Numbered from the stretch's first letter, positions 29,083 to 39,085 are shown. The stretch is DNA of 64,000 bases from Sedimentisphaeraceae bacterium JB056 (GCA_044440125.1 JBITAJ010000031.1:28225-92224); one strand, 5' to 3'. The notes: a model not told the origin generated them from the sequence alone. Made by a program: numbers and translations.

Positions 29083-29706
29083 ATGAGAATTTTAGTAACA
29101 GCTGGTGGAACTCGGGAATACATCGATCCGGTACGGTTTATATCAAATGCCAGTACCGGTAAGATGGGCTACGCTATTGCTCAGGCGGCACTGGAAGCTG
29201 GGCATGATGTTACACTGATATCAGCCCCGGTATCTTTGGCCGTCCCGCAAGGAGCTGACGTCATAGATGTGATAACCAGTGAAGATATGTTCGAGGCGGT
29301 AAAGGCAAACATCAACAACTTCGATTGCCTTATAATGGCTGCTGCGGTAAGTGATTATCGCCCCAAGATATCTTCAGATAAGAAAATCAAAAAAGAACAG
29401 GCCGAATTAACCATAGAACTGGAACCTACAACAGATATTCTCAAGTGGGTAGGCGAGCATAAAAGAAAGCAGATAATAGTCGGCTTTGCATTAGAGGACA
29501 CGAACCTTTTAGAGAATGCGCAAAGCAAGATGACTGCAAAAAAGATGGATATGATAGTGGCAAACAGCCCTGCCGCAATAAGTGCCGACAGCTCTCAGGT
29601 TCACATTAAAATCGCCAGTGAGGATTGGCAGACAATTCCCACAACGACAAAAAACATCACTGCTGCAGCAATCATCAAGATTATTGAGGGAATCAGGCAT
29701 CAGTAA
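29083..29706 (+). CDS. coaB: Stand-alone phosphopantothenate--cysteine ligase (CoaB domain)
   Basis: VTAGGTREYIDPVRFISNASTGKMG, AAAVSDY, VGFALE, IVAN; no CoaC domain. Start at ATG 29083. Confidence 0.9.
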   Translation: MRILVTAGGTREYIDPVRFISNASTGKMGYAIAQAALEAGHDVTLISAPVSLAVPQGADVIDVITSEDMFEAVKANINNFDCLIMAAAVSDYRPKISSDKKIKKEQAELTIELEPTTDILKWVGEHKRKQIIVGFALEDTNLLENAQSKMTAKKMDMIVANSPAAISADSSQVHIKIASEDWQTIPTTTKNITAAAIIKIIEGIRHQ

Positions 29707-30326
29707 TGAGTGATGAAAAGAAGATAATACTGTTTGGCGGCTCGTTCGATCCTGTTCATAAAGGGCATATTGAAATACTTAAATATGTTCACGACCATAT
29801 TTGTGCTGATAAATCAATAATAATCCCCACAAGGCGATCACCGCTTAAAAAACATGGGCCAGTTGCAACAAACAGCCAGCGTCTTGAAATGCTTGACCTT
29901 GCAACCAAAGATAATCCAGACATAGAGATCAGTGACGTGGAATTCGATATGCCTGAGCCAAGCTTCTCATATCATACTGTATGCTATTTCAAATCGCTTT
30001 ATGGAGATGATGTAGAATTATACTGGCTAAGCGGAGCCGATGTAATCAGCGACCTGCATCATTGGTACAAAATCAACGACATGCTCGCTCTGTGCAAAAT
30101 GATTCTTGTCTGCCGCGGCGGCTATCCACTGCCGGACACTTCGCCCCTAAAAGAGCATTTCTCTCCCATAATCGTAGAAATGCTCCAAAAAAACATGATT
30201 CAGACCCCGGAAATAGAGATAAGCAGCACAGAAATAAGAAGCATGCTAAAGAACAAAATCAAACCAGACGACTCTCTCAACGAAAAGGTATATGCCTATA
30301 TCTTGGAAAATAATCTCTATATCTAA
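29706..30326 (+). CDS. nadD: Nicotinate-nucleotide adenylyltransferase
   Basis: FGGSFDPVHKGH, GAD, WY, ISSTEIR. Confidence 0.95.
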   Translation: MSDEKKIILFGGSFDPVHKGHIEILKYVHDHICADKSIIIPTRRSPLKKHGPVATNSQRLEMLDLATKDNPDIEISDVEFDMPEPSFSYHTVCYFKSLYGDDVELYWLSGADVISDLHHWYKINDMLALCKMILVCRGGYPLPDTSPLKEHFSPIIVEMLQKNMIQTPEIEISSTEIRSMLKNKIKPDDSLNEKVYAYILENNLYI

Positions 30327-30551
30327 AAGCATTCTAATCCGCTGACGCTAATGGTAGCCGTTGAAGTTTAAGAGATACCATCCCAGGCATTGCCATTTAT
30401 TACCCAACAAAAAATAACTAACTCCCTTTTATTTTTTCTATTAAAGTATATAATCAACGGTTAAGGTGTACTTAAAATAGTATTTCACGGGTATTCTGCA
30501 GAATACACAGATAATGTTCAAGATATTTATTGGTTTTATGAGAGAAGCGTA

Positions 30552-31637
30552 ATGGCATCGAAAGCAAACTATTTCAAAATAGGCCTTTTCGTAATAGGCA
30601 CTGTTACGATCATAGTAGCATTTACGATAGCTCTTGGTTTAGGCAGCTGGGGGAAAAAGCAGATTCGATTCGAAACATATATCGATGAGTCCGTTCAGGG
30701 CCTTAATATTGGCTCACCAGTCAAAAACAGAGGTGTTCAGATAGGAAGCGTGGAAGACATTACTTTCGTTACAAGCGAATACGATCTGGATCAGCAATTT
30801 CTCAATTACAGCAGATATGTAATGGTCGTTATCGCTGTCGACAGTGAGAAATTCGTCTCGAACGGGTATGACAAAAACAACGATATGCTGGATCAGCTTA
30901 TACAGAAAGGACTTAGGGTAAGACTAACAACTCAGGCCCTTACCGGCATCTCATATTTGGAAGTGGATTATTTTGCTCCAAATGAATATCCTCCTTTGGA
31001 ATTCCCCTGGGACCCGAAGTACAAATATCTCCCTTCCGCACAAAGTGTATTTAATACTTTTACTCAATCAATCGACCAAACCCTTAAAAAACTTGAAAAT
31101 ATCGACCTTGCAAAAATATCGGAAAATTTTAACAGTCTTATTGTAACGGCAGACAAAACACTCAAAGACCTCAACGCAGGCAATTTAAGCACTAATCTGC
31201 TGCTTCTCATTGAAGAACTCAGAGACACCAACACCGACCTCAAAGATGTAATATACAAGACTGATTCGGCGTTAAGCAATTTCGATATCGAGCTGTTAAG
31301 CCAAAAGATAGGTAATCTTCTGGACAATGTTGACAGCACCACCACAAACGCAAACAGCATGATATCTGATATAAAGGATACAAATCAGCTTGTTCAGGAA
31401 ATACTCAAACCCGCTTCAGAAGATCAAACAACAATCCCTGAACTTACGAAATCAGTCAACCAGCTCATAAACGATATAGATAACATGATACAAGGAAACC
31501 AGTCAAATATAGAGGATATAATACGTAAGCTGGATGACATATCATCTAACTTGATGATTTTTTCACAAGACATTAAGAACGATCCTGGAATTTTACTGTT
31601 TACAGAACGCCCGGAACCATCGGAGGTAGTAAAATGA
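30552..31637 (+). CDS. MlaD / MCE family protein with long helical extension
   Basis: NYFKIGLFV anchor; ESVQGLNIGSPVKNRGVQIGSV; LTGISYLEVD. Confidence 0.9.
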   Translation: MASKANYFKIGLFVIGTVTIIVAFTIALGLGSWGKKQIRFETYIDESVQGLNIGSPVKNRGVQIGSVEDITFVTSEYDLDQQFLNYSRYVMVVIAVDSEKFVSNGYDKNNDMLDQLIQKGLRVRLTTQALTGISYLEVDYFAPNEYPPLEFPWDPKYKYLPSAQSVFNTFTQSIDQTLKKLENIDLAKISENFNSLIVTADKTLKDLNAGNLSTNLLLLIEELRDTNTDLKDVIYKTDSALSNFDIELLSQKIGNLLDNVDSTTTNANSMISDIKDTNQLVQEILKPASEDQTTIPELTKSVNQLINDIDNMIQGNQSNIEDIIRKLDDISSNLMIFSQDIKNDPGILLFTERPEPSEVVK

Positions 31638-32245
31638 GATTCACAATGAAATTTTTGGCGTTATCGGCTCTTATATGCATCTTAACAGGCTGCATGGGAA
31701 ACTCTTCACGAAAAAACATAAAAGATTACTATATGTTTGATGCGGCAAGAGACAACAGCAACACCAGAGAAGTTGCGATTGACCAGATATTGATAGTAGA
31801 CAGATTTGAGGTTGCGAAAGGGTTTGACAGTAACTCTCTAATCTATTTTAATAGCCAGGGTAAAATAGAAACTGATCCGTATCGCCGTTATCTGTCTGAT
31901 AAAGGACAAATGTTGAGCGACCTCACTGCTGACTGGCTTTCAGACAGTAGGATTTTCACAATAACAGCAACAAACAACACGGGAATCAGCGGCTCTTTGA
32001 GGCTTAAAGGTGTTATAAAGAAGATTTATGCAGATATGCAGAACAGCGAAAATAAACAAGCTGTTTTGGAGGTTAAAGTATTTCTTGTATCAAATACAGA
32101 CCGCAAGCCTGTATTCTGGAAAGAATACAATACAGCTTATCCAATCGAAGATGACACCGCAAAAGCTGTTGTAAAAGCGACTGACAAAACAATAAGCATA
32201 TTCCTTACTCAACTGGAAGAAGACCTCTCTCAACTTGAGCTTTAG
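31634..32245 (+). CDS. ABC-transport auxiliary lipoprotein (PqiC-like)
   Basis: Lipobox LTGC; YY after the signal; ATGA overlap with the MCE gene. Confidence 0.75.
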   Translation: MRFTMKFLALSALICILTGCMGNSSRKNIKDYYMFDAARDNSNTREVAIDQILIVDRFEVAKGFDSNSLIYFNSQGKIETDPYRRYLSDKGQMLSDLTADWLSDSRIFTITATNNTGISGSLRLKGVIKKIYADMQNSENKQAVLEVKVFLVSNTDRKPVFWKEYNTAYPIEDDTAKAVVKATDKTISIFLTQLEEDLSQLEL

Positions 32246-32254
32246 CAGCAACTT

Positions 32255-32767
32255 ATGATTGAAAACAAAAACATTGTCCTGATAGGCATGCCGGCAAGCG
32301 GCAAGAGTACTATAGGCGTCTTACTGGCTAAAGAGCTTTCCAGGTGGTTTATTGATACTGACGTTTGCATCCAATATATGGAAGGCAAACCGCTTCAGGA
32401 AATAATCGATACCGATGGACTCGAGTATTTCCGCAAAGTTGAGCAGGAGCATATCCTCAAAATTGATGCATCAAACGCGGTAATAGCTACCGGTGGAAGC
32501 GTTGTTTACAGTGATGCGGCAATGAAAAAGCTTGCATCTGACTCGGTAATCGTGCATTTAGATCTCCCGCTTGAGCAGGTAAGAGAGCGACTGACAAATC
32601 TCAGCAGCCGCGGCGTGGTTATGGGAAAGCACCAGACACTTGAAAACCTTTATGCCCAACGACAACCTCTCTACGAGCAATATGCTCAGGTTACAATCAA
32701 TTGCTCCTGGCAAAACCACCAGCAGACACTTGCTGCAATTATCAACAAATTAAAAACCTATACATAA
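32255..32767 (+). CDS. aroK: Shikimate kinase
   Basis: IGMPASGKSTIG, DTD, FRKVE, VIATGGS, RQPLY. Confidence 0.93.
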   Translation: MIENKNIVLIGMPASGKSTIGVLLAKELSRWFIDTDVCIQYMEGKPLQEIIDTDGLEYFRKVEQEHILKIDASNAVIATGGSVVYSDAAMKKLASDSVIVHLDLPLEQVRERLTNLSSRGVVMGKHQTLENLYAQRQPLYEQYAQVTINCSWQNHQQTLAAIINKLKTYT

Positions 32768-32826
32768 ATATAACTACTATAAAACGGTGACAAGTTAGTG
32801 CTCAGAATCAGTTAAGTGCATTTTTC

Positions 32827-32855
32827 TTGACTTTTTTGACTTTTTTTGTGATAAT
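32827..32855 (+). promoter_or_regulatory. Sigma70-type promoter for the FHA gene
   Basis: TTGACT-17 nt-GATAAT. Confidence 0.5.
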
Positions 32856-32906
32856 TCAATTGAATACTTTTTAAAGTTGTTTTGATTTTCTCAAGGGGCA
32901 CATACT

Positions 32907-33770
32907 ATGCATATCGTTATAGAAAAGAACGGTCAGCGACAAGAGGAATTTACCTTTGACAACGGCCCTGTATATATAGGCAGGCAGATAGGATCTAAAA
33001 TTTTCCTTCCCGATCTTGGAATATCACGCCAACACGCAGTTTTATACAATGCCGGCCAGGATGAGTGGTTTGTTGAGGATCTCGATTCGGCCAACAAAAC
33101 CTTCGTCAATGATGATGAAATAACCAAATGCCGCCTTGTAAGTGGCGATGTAATAAAGATATGCGATTTTACACTTACCGTTGAGATAGAAAAAGACAAA
33201 AAACGCGAGCCGTCTATACATCTTGATGATACTATAGCACATGCTCATTATGAACTTAAAACAATAACCAGAAGACTATCGAATGACGACTCTCCTCTGG
33301 TACGAATATCACATCAGAGAGTAGAGCAGCTTCGAAAAAATCTTAGTGAGATAATATCATTTAGCGATCTCGATAAACTCCTTGAATACGGTGCCAAACA
33401 ACTGCTTCGTCAGATGCATGCCGCCCACTGTTGGATCGGTATTTTTGACGAAAACATGCTTGTAACCAAAAGCTACGGCAGAAATCTGGACACAACAAGG
33501 CTGGAATTCGAGAATATAAGCCTCAAAGGTCAGATAAGCACCGCCGTCACTGAAGAAGAGCACATATTAGTGCCAAGAATACTTCAGCCGGTAGGTCAGA
33601 ACAAGAATCTCAGGTCAGCTATCATAACCTCTTTCAAGCTAAAGAACGGGTTAAAGGGTGCTGCTTATATAGATAACACAAGAGAACATGAACACTATAC
33701 AATAGTTGACCTTGACTATCTCATGCTTATCAACACCATGTTGGCGGCCAAAATAGATTCGTTGATATGA
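32907..33770 (+). CDS. FHA-domain protein with GAF-like C-terminus
   Basis: IGR, ISRQHA, DLDSANKTFVN; C-terminal RSAI...GAAYID...DLDYL. Confidence 0.85.
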   Translation: MHIVIEKNGQRQEEFTFDNGPVYIGRQIGSKIFLPDLGISRQHAVLYNAGQDEWFVEDLDSANKTFVNDDEITKCRLVSGDVIKICDFTLTVEIEKDKKREPSIHLDDTIAHAHYELKTITRRLSNDDSPLVRISHQRVEQLRKNLSEIISFSDLDKLLEYGAKQLLRQMHAAHCWIGIFDENMLVTKSYGRNLDTTRLEFENISLKGQISTAVTEEEHILVPRILQPVGQNKNLRSAIITSFKLKNGLKGAAYIDNTREHEHYTIVDLDYLMLINTMLAAKIDSLI

Positions 33771-33856
33771 ATCAAAAGGTAAGAACCGCCACCAAGAGGC
33801 AATATTAAGTTAAAAGTATATTAAAAATAAGGTTTGGACTTGTTTTGAACCGTGCT

Positions 33857-33883
33857 CTCACTATAATCTTTCATTATAGTGAG
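33857..33883. promoter_or_regulatory. Perfect 11-bp inverted repeat containing a TATAAT
   Basis: CTCACTATAAT-CTTTC-ATTATAGTGAG. Confidence 0.5.
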
Positions 33884-33928
33884 TACTGTATAATAGAGAA
33901 ATATTTGCTTTCTTAGAGTGGTAATTGA

Positions 33929-35470
33929 ATGACATCTTCATTTGTCTGTCAGAAAGATTTTATAGATTTAATATCGACCAGAACAAGGATATTGTATAAT
34001 TATTGTCGTTATCTGGTAGAGCATGAGAACCCTGATAAGATAATGAACAGGCCCTTCTTTGGAATCACCCTTTCCCAATCTGTGCAGCTCGAAGAATTAC
34101 TTGATGCTTATGGAGCGTCCAATAACCAGCAATGGTCCAAATTCCGTTCACTGGTTGCAACAATAAAGCGTTTCAGCGACATAAGCTACGAACTGCTGCA
34201 TATAGGTTACGGCATACCGGGTTATCGATTGCTTGATGTAGGACAAGACTTCAACTCTTCCACCCAAACGATTCTTGAGTTCACACGCCGTACTGTTCAC
34301 AGAGCCGCCGCTAATTTTGTAAGCCACTGCTCATTGCTTGGAATTAAATGCCAGTATACAGAATTAAGCGACAGAAATCTTATCGAAGATCTTCCTATTG
34401 GAAGGCTTCCTACCGATCAGGCTACAAGACACGTAACCGATGTGGGTAAGATCGTAACAACTCTTTCCACCTCGTTTCTTAATATCACAGCTGACACAAC
34501 ACTTAAAAACATAATCAAGGCAGAAAAGCCCTTCGACTATGCCTCTTATATGATGTCAGCTATAAGCGAAGAAAATCTTCGTACCCTTGAACTCAAATTC
34601 CATAACCTGCAATCTCTATACGACACCTATGTATCCAAAACAGATACAGAGATACTCGACAAAGATCTTTCTATCTTGCGAGGCCATATAAGTGCCGTAT
34701 TCCACATTCTGACCGTTGCAACATCCTTGAGCCACTATTACGAGAGGCATTTGGGCGCTGTAACCGAGGAAGATGAAAGATTCAAACAGCAGATGGTTCA
34801 TCCGGTCACTCTTCTTGCATTCATCATCGATTACTGCATCGAATATATGAAGCTTTATATCGAAAGTGCCAAGAAGCTCTGCCACGACATGCTTAAGCGT
34901 TATTCTGAAATGAGCGAGATAACTGTTCCCGTGCCAAGATACAGAGGCTTCCATGTAAGGCCTTCAACTCTTATTGCTCTTATCGCGAATCACTACGGCA
35001 GCGAGCTGGTAATGTACCTTAAGGATCAGAAATACAACGCGGCTATACCTCTCGATCTTTTCCGCGCTAATGAGCTGATAAACGCCGAGAAGCGAAAAGG
35101 ACTGTCACAGGAAATCCTGAAAATAGACGCTATAAAAAATTACAGCGGTAATGAAGACATAAGACGAGTTGTCCATAATGTCCTCCTGAAACTTGCCGAT
35201 AAAGGCAAATTGATGATATATGAACAGCCGCTTGAGATATCTGACTGTGAGACGAAAAGCGACCTTACAGTCGTTGAACAAGTACGCTCTGAGGTTGCAA
35301 GATTGCTCGCAATAGGCAAGATAGACATTGTCACCGACCTGAAGATTAAATTTCACGGCGACAAACGCGTACTTGAAGACATTAAATTACTTGCTCATTT
35401 CGGCTATGGTGAAGATAATTTCGGAAACAACATCCCATTACCGCCACGCCTTGCATATCTGAGAAAATAG
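33929..35470 (+). CDS. Large protein with an embedded HPr-like phosphocarrier domain
   Basis: GFHVRPSTLIALIANHYGSE resembles HPr GLHARPAA.....NKF.S. Confidence 0.75.
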   Translation: MTSSFVCQKDFIDLISTRTRILYNYCRYLVEHENPDKIMNRPFFGITLSQSVQLEELLDAYGASNNQQWSKFRSLVATIKRFSDISYELLHIGYGIPGYRLLDVGQDFNSSTQTILEFTRRTVHRAAANFVSHCSLLGIKCQYTELSDRNLIEDLPIGRLPTDQATRHVTDVGKIVTTLSTSFLNITADTTLKNIIKAEKPFDYASYMMSAISEENLRTLELKFHNLQSLYDTYVSKTDTEILDKDLSILRGHISAVFHILTVATSLSHYYERHLGAVTEEDERFKQQMVHPVTLLAFIIDYCIEYMKLYIESAKKLCHDMLKRYSEMSEITVPVPRYRGFHVRPSTLIALIANHYGSELVMYLKDQKYNAAIPLDLFRANELINAEKRKGLSQEILKIDAIKNYSGNEDIRRVVHNVLLKLADKGKLMIYEQPLEISDCETKSDLTVVEQVRSEVARLLAIGKIDIVTDLKIKFHGDKRVLEDIKLLAHFGYGEDNFGNNIPLPPRLAYLRK

Positions 35471-35499
35471 ATGGTTTATACAAAAATAAAGGATTATTT

Positions 35500-36618
35500 A
35501 TGAAGGTGAATCTTTCACGCCCCGACATCACCGAACTTGAAGTCAATGCTGTTGTCGAGGTACTGAGAAGCAATCAACTGTCACTTGGACCAAAGCTTAC
35601 TGAGTTTGAAGAAGCAATGGCACGTTATTCCGGTTGTAAACACGGTATTGCCGTAAACAGCGGAACAAGCGGCTTGTTTCTCTGTATGGAGTCGCTTGGC
35701 ATAGGACCCGGCGACGAAGTCATAACAACACCGTTTACATTTATAGCTACGGTAAACTCCATACTTCAAGTTGGCGCAAAACCTGTCTTCGTTGACATCG
35801 ACCCTGTTTCTATGAATATCGATCCGTCAAAGATAGAAGAAAAAATCACACCGAAAACCAAAGCGATAGAGCCTGTCTATGTATTCGGCAATCCTTGGGG
35901 AATCGATACTGTATGCGATATAGCTAAGAAACATAATCTTGCCGTCATAGAAGACAGTTGCGAAGCACTGGGAACTGTTTATAAAGGTAAAAAATCAGGC
36001 ACCTTTGGTGATGTAGGTCTTTACGCGTTCTATCCTAATAAACAGATAACAACCGGTGAAGGCGGTATTATAATTACCGACAGTGACAAGATAGCTGAAA
36101 TGTGCATTTCACTTCGCAATCAAGGCCGCGGAGCTGGCGGCGGTTGGCTGGCACACGAGAGAATGGGATACAATTTCCGCATGTGCGATATTAATTGTGC
36201 ATTGGGAATTACCCAGCTTTCAAGATTGGAAGAATTCAAGAAATTAAGAAAGAAAGCAGCCGACACATATTGCGAAATACTTGCTGATGAAGACAGAATC
36301 ATACTCCCGACCGAGCCTGAAGATTGTGATATGAGCTGGTTTGTGTTTGTGGTCAGGCTCACGGAAGACTACACCCTTGAGCAGAGAAACTCACTGCTTC
36401 AGGATATGATAAGCAAAGGTATACAGGTAAGCAACTACTTCCCTCCTGTTCACCTTCAGCCTTTCATGGTTGAAAAATTCGGCTACAAGAGAGGTATGTT
36501 CCCGACAACCGAATATACCTGTGATCACACCGCCGCCCTGCCATTCTACAACAGGATAACTACCGAAGATATAGAACTGGTATGCAAAGAGCTTAAAGAT
36601 TCCCTTGATAAACTTTAA
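35500..36618 (+). CDS. DegT/DnrJ/EryC1/StrS family PLP aminotransferase
   Basis: NSGTSGL, GPGDEVITTPFTFIAT, IEDSCEA, FYPNKQITTGEGG, GYNFRM. Confidence 0.95.
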   Translation: MKVNLSRPDITELEVNAVVEVLRSNQLSLGPKLTEFEEAMARYSGCKHGIAVNSGTSGLFLCMESLGIGPGDEVITTPFTFIATVNSILQVGAKPVFVDIDPVSMNIDPSKIEEKITPKTKAIEPVYVFGNPWGIDTVCDIAKKHNLAVIEDSCEALGTVYKGKKSGTFGDVGLYAFYPNKQITTGEGGIIITDSDKIAEMCISLRNQGRGAGGGWLAHERMGYNFRMCDINCALGITQLSRLEEFKKLRKKAADTYCEILADEDRIILPTEPEDCDMSWFVFVVRLTEDYTLEQRNSLLQDMISKGIQVSNYFPPVHLQPFMVEKFGYKRGMFPTTEYTCDHTAALPFYNRITTEDIELVCKELKDSLDKL

Positions 36619-36642
36619 GCAATCAGAATAAGCAAAATTCAT

Positions 36643-36677
36643 ATCAGCGTTTTGAGAGAGCATCTTAAAACGCTGAT
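36643..36677 (+). terminator. Terminator-like hairpin
   Basis: ATCAGCGTTTTGAGA / TCTTAAAACGCTGAT stem; weak T tail. Confidence 0.55.
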
Positions 36678-36708
36678 TTCTTAATAACATTTTAGCAAGG
36701 AGTTATCG

Positions 36709-37734
36709 ATGCGGTTCATTCTATTAATGCTCTGTTTATTGGCAGCGGCAGTAACAGAAGCGGCAAACCGATACGACTCAGAGTTTCTCAGGAAACAGAC
36801 GGCTTATTATCCGACAAACACAATAAAGTTTTTCATTGAAAGAGGCGATTATGAAAACGCTGCTTTCAACGCACTGTCCTTCTATCCAATCTCTCCAGAG
36901 ATCTCAATTGAAACAATGATATCAATTGAAAATAAGATAGACAAAGATCTGCAGAATTATATATTTGGAGTTTTCAAGAAAAGAATAGTCACAGATCGTT
37001 CATTAAGATCCGGCGGCAAGAAAAACCTGATAAGAGAAGACTGGATGAATCAAAAATCAGCTTGGTCTGACGATTTCATAAACGAAATTATATGCTATAA
37101 AAAAATTCGGGAAAATTTTGAACACCCTAATTTATCATTCAAAGAATTTTTCTGGGAAGCATTTGATGTTTACTATAACCTTGACAATGAAAAGGCATCG
37201 GAGTTTGCGAAAGACATAAGTAATCAGCCATACAAACTTGAATTCTTGTGCCTTTATGCAAAACGGCAAAAAAGCGGCAAGGTTGGAATTGATGAGTTGC
37301 ATAAGTTCAAAGCTCTTGAAAAAGAAAAGGCTATAGCGGAAATGCTCACAGTGCTTGAAGGTCAATATTATATGAAACACTCTGATTACGAACGAGCAAA
37401 AGAAGTTTATCTGAAAAACTTCGATCTTCAATATGCAATTCCCGTACATATTGAAAATCTTGCCAATTGCTACCTTGCGGAAAAAGATATGAGCAGGGCA
37501 AAAAGACTGTATCGTTACCTGGCAAGTCTTGTATGTGAAGAAAACATAACATCAGAAGGCATATACAACCTCGGTTGCATATGTGCTCTTGAAGGTGATA
37601 AAGACAAGGCAATCAAATATATCAAGCAAGCGGTCGACAGCGGCTTTTCACGGTCATATGTCAGAAATGACAGCGACCTGAAATGTCTGTATAAAGACAA
37701 ACGTTTTATAAAACTTATAACGGAAGAAAAATAG
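36709..37734 (+). CDS. Exported TPR-repeat protein
   Basis: SD AGGAG; signal peptide; NLANCY, YNLGCICALEGDKDKAIKYIKQAVDSGF...DSDL terminal TPR. Confidence 0.8.
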   Translation: MRFILLMLCLLAAAVTEAANRYDSEFLRKQTAYYPTNTIKFFIERGDYENAAFNALSFYPISPEISIETMISIENKIDKDLQNYIFGVFKKRIVTDRSLRSGGKKNLIREDWMNQKSAWSDDFINEIICYKKIRENFEHPNLSFKEFFWEAFDVYYNLDNEKASEFAKDISNQPYKLEFLCLYAKRQKSGKVGIDELHKFKALEKEKAIAEMLTVLEGQYYMKHSDYERAKEVYLKNFDLQYAIPVHIENLANCYLAEKDMSRAKRLYRYLASLVCEENITSEGIYNLGCICALEGDKDKAIKYIKQAVDSGFSRSYVRNDSDLKCLYKDKRFIKLITEEK

Positions 37735-37742
37735 ACTAAAAT

Positions 37743-38429
37743 ATGATAGATACATTCAAAGAATGGTTCAACGGCGGAATTGGCTTCCTTAAGAAATACT
37801 ACAAATGGTATCTACTGGTCGCGGTTATCTGCACAGCCATAAATTGGCTTCTGCAGTTATTTGTAACAACAGAAAACCCGTTGATCATTATGATGATAAA
37901 CGTAGCAGGCCTCGTCTTCGTGTCGGCACTGTATTACGGCCTCTACAGACTAAGCATAACCGGCTCGTTGGATATGTCATACTGGAATCATTTTTTCAGT
38001 ATAATACCTGAACTACTCATTGCTACTGCGGTATTCATAACTCTGGCTTTTTTAGGTATGATACTTTTCATAATACCCGGTATCATAGTAATGACGAGCT
38101 TCATGTTTTTCCAATACCTCATGCTTGAATTTGACATAAGAATACAAGACGCTTTTATCTACAGCAAGATGATAACCCAAGGCAAACGCATACCATTGTT
38201 TTTGGTAATTCTGCTCTCAACATTAGCTTCAGGCCTTGAAGTACTTTTCTTCATAGGCTACAATGCTCCGGATCAAGTAACTCAGAATTTCAGGCTGGCC
38301 ACAGGTATACTTTACATCGCAACGACATTTCTGATACAGCCATTGTCACTTGCAGTATTGATATACGCATATTCTCAGCTCCGCAGCAAACTTGCAACTG
38401 AAAAGGCTAAAAACCAACCAGCAGAATAA
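37743..38429 (+). CDS. Hypothetical integral membrane protein
   Basis: Five to six TM segments; GMILFIIPGII and S...TQG motifs. Confidence 0.75.
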   Translation: MIDTFKEWFNGGIGFLKKYYKWYLLVAVICTAINWLLQLFVTTENPLIIMMINVAGLVFVSALYYGLYRLSITGSLDMSYWNHFFSIIPELLIATAVFITLAFLGMILFIIPGIIVMTSFMFFQYLMLEFDIRIQDAFIYSKMITQGKRIPLFLVILLSTLASGLEVLFFIGYNAPDQVTQNFRLATGILYIATTFLIQPLSLAVLIYAYSQLRSKLATEKAKNQPAE

Positions 38430-38435
38430 AAGATA

Positions 38436-39077
38436 TCATTCCGCTGACTTTGTTTTTTTATCCAATATGGAAAGAACCATATTTGCCTGATGATTCGCCG
38501 CAATTCCTACTCTTGCGGCATAGAGGCCAACGCCCCCGCCAATAGCTGAGACGCCATCACCGACCAGATGAAAGTTATCATTAATATGCCTGGTGGTAAT
38601 ATCGTTGCTCTTGCCAAATGCCGCCATGCCGCTGGCTGCTACTATAGGCTTATCAGGCAATTTTGTCAAAACAGTCTCAACAAGCATCTGCTTTTGATCC
38701 GGCAGATCAAAACATTCACAGACCACATCGCACTGACCTAAAATATCAACTATATTATCAGGCGTAAGCCTCAGACAATGACTCTCTATCTCAAGGCATG
38801 GATTAATCCGTCTAAGGTTATCGGTAAGAGCATCGGTCTTGTTCATACCTATCTGGTCAAGAAAATATTGCTGGCGATTCATATTGCTCATCTCAACAAT
38901 ATCAAAATCAACAATAACGAGCTTGCCCACAGCCGCTCGCGCAAGTGAAGCCGCAACACAACTGCCAAGACCGCCAAGACCGGCAACAGCGACACTGCTG
39001 CGGTTAAAAGCCTCATATGTATCATCTCCAAAATTACGTCTGGAGTTATTTATGAAATCTTCTTTGATTTTTTCCAT
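38436..39077 (-). CDS. thiF: Sulfur-carrier (ThiS) adenylyltransferase, short ThiF type
   Basis: AGLGGLGS, DFDIVEMSNMNRQQY, ECFD, ASGMA, AANHQAN. Confidence 0.88.
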   Translation of the reverse strand: MEKIKEDFINNSRRNFGDDTYEAFNRSSVAVAGLGGLGSCVAASLARAAVGKLVIVDFDIVEMSNMNRQQYFLDQIGMNKTDALTDNLRRINPCLEIESHCLRLTPDNIVDILGQCDVVCECFDLPDQKQMLVETVLTKLPDKPIVAASGMAAFGKSNDITTRHINDNFHLVGDGVSAIGGGVGLYAARVGIAANHQANMVLSILDKKTKSAE

Positions 39078-39085
39078 CAGACATC

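Noticed and set aside
30330..30400. Fluoride riboswitch-like GGGATGGTATCTC on the minus strand
   Set aside because: The downstream GCTRATGRC element is missing and it points antisense into nadD.
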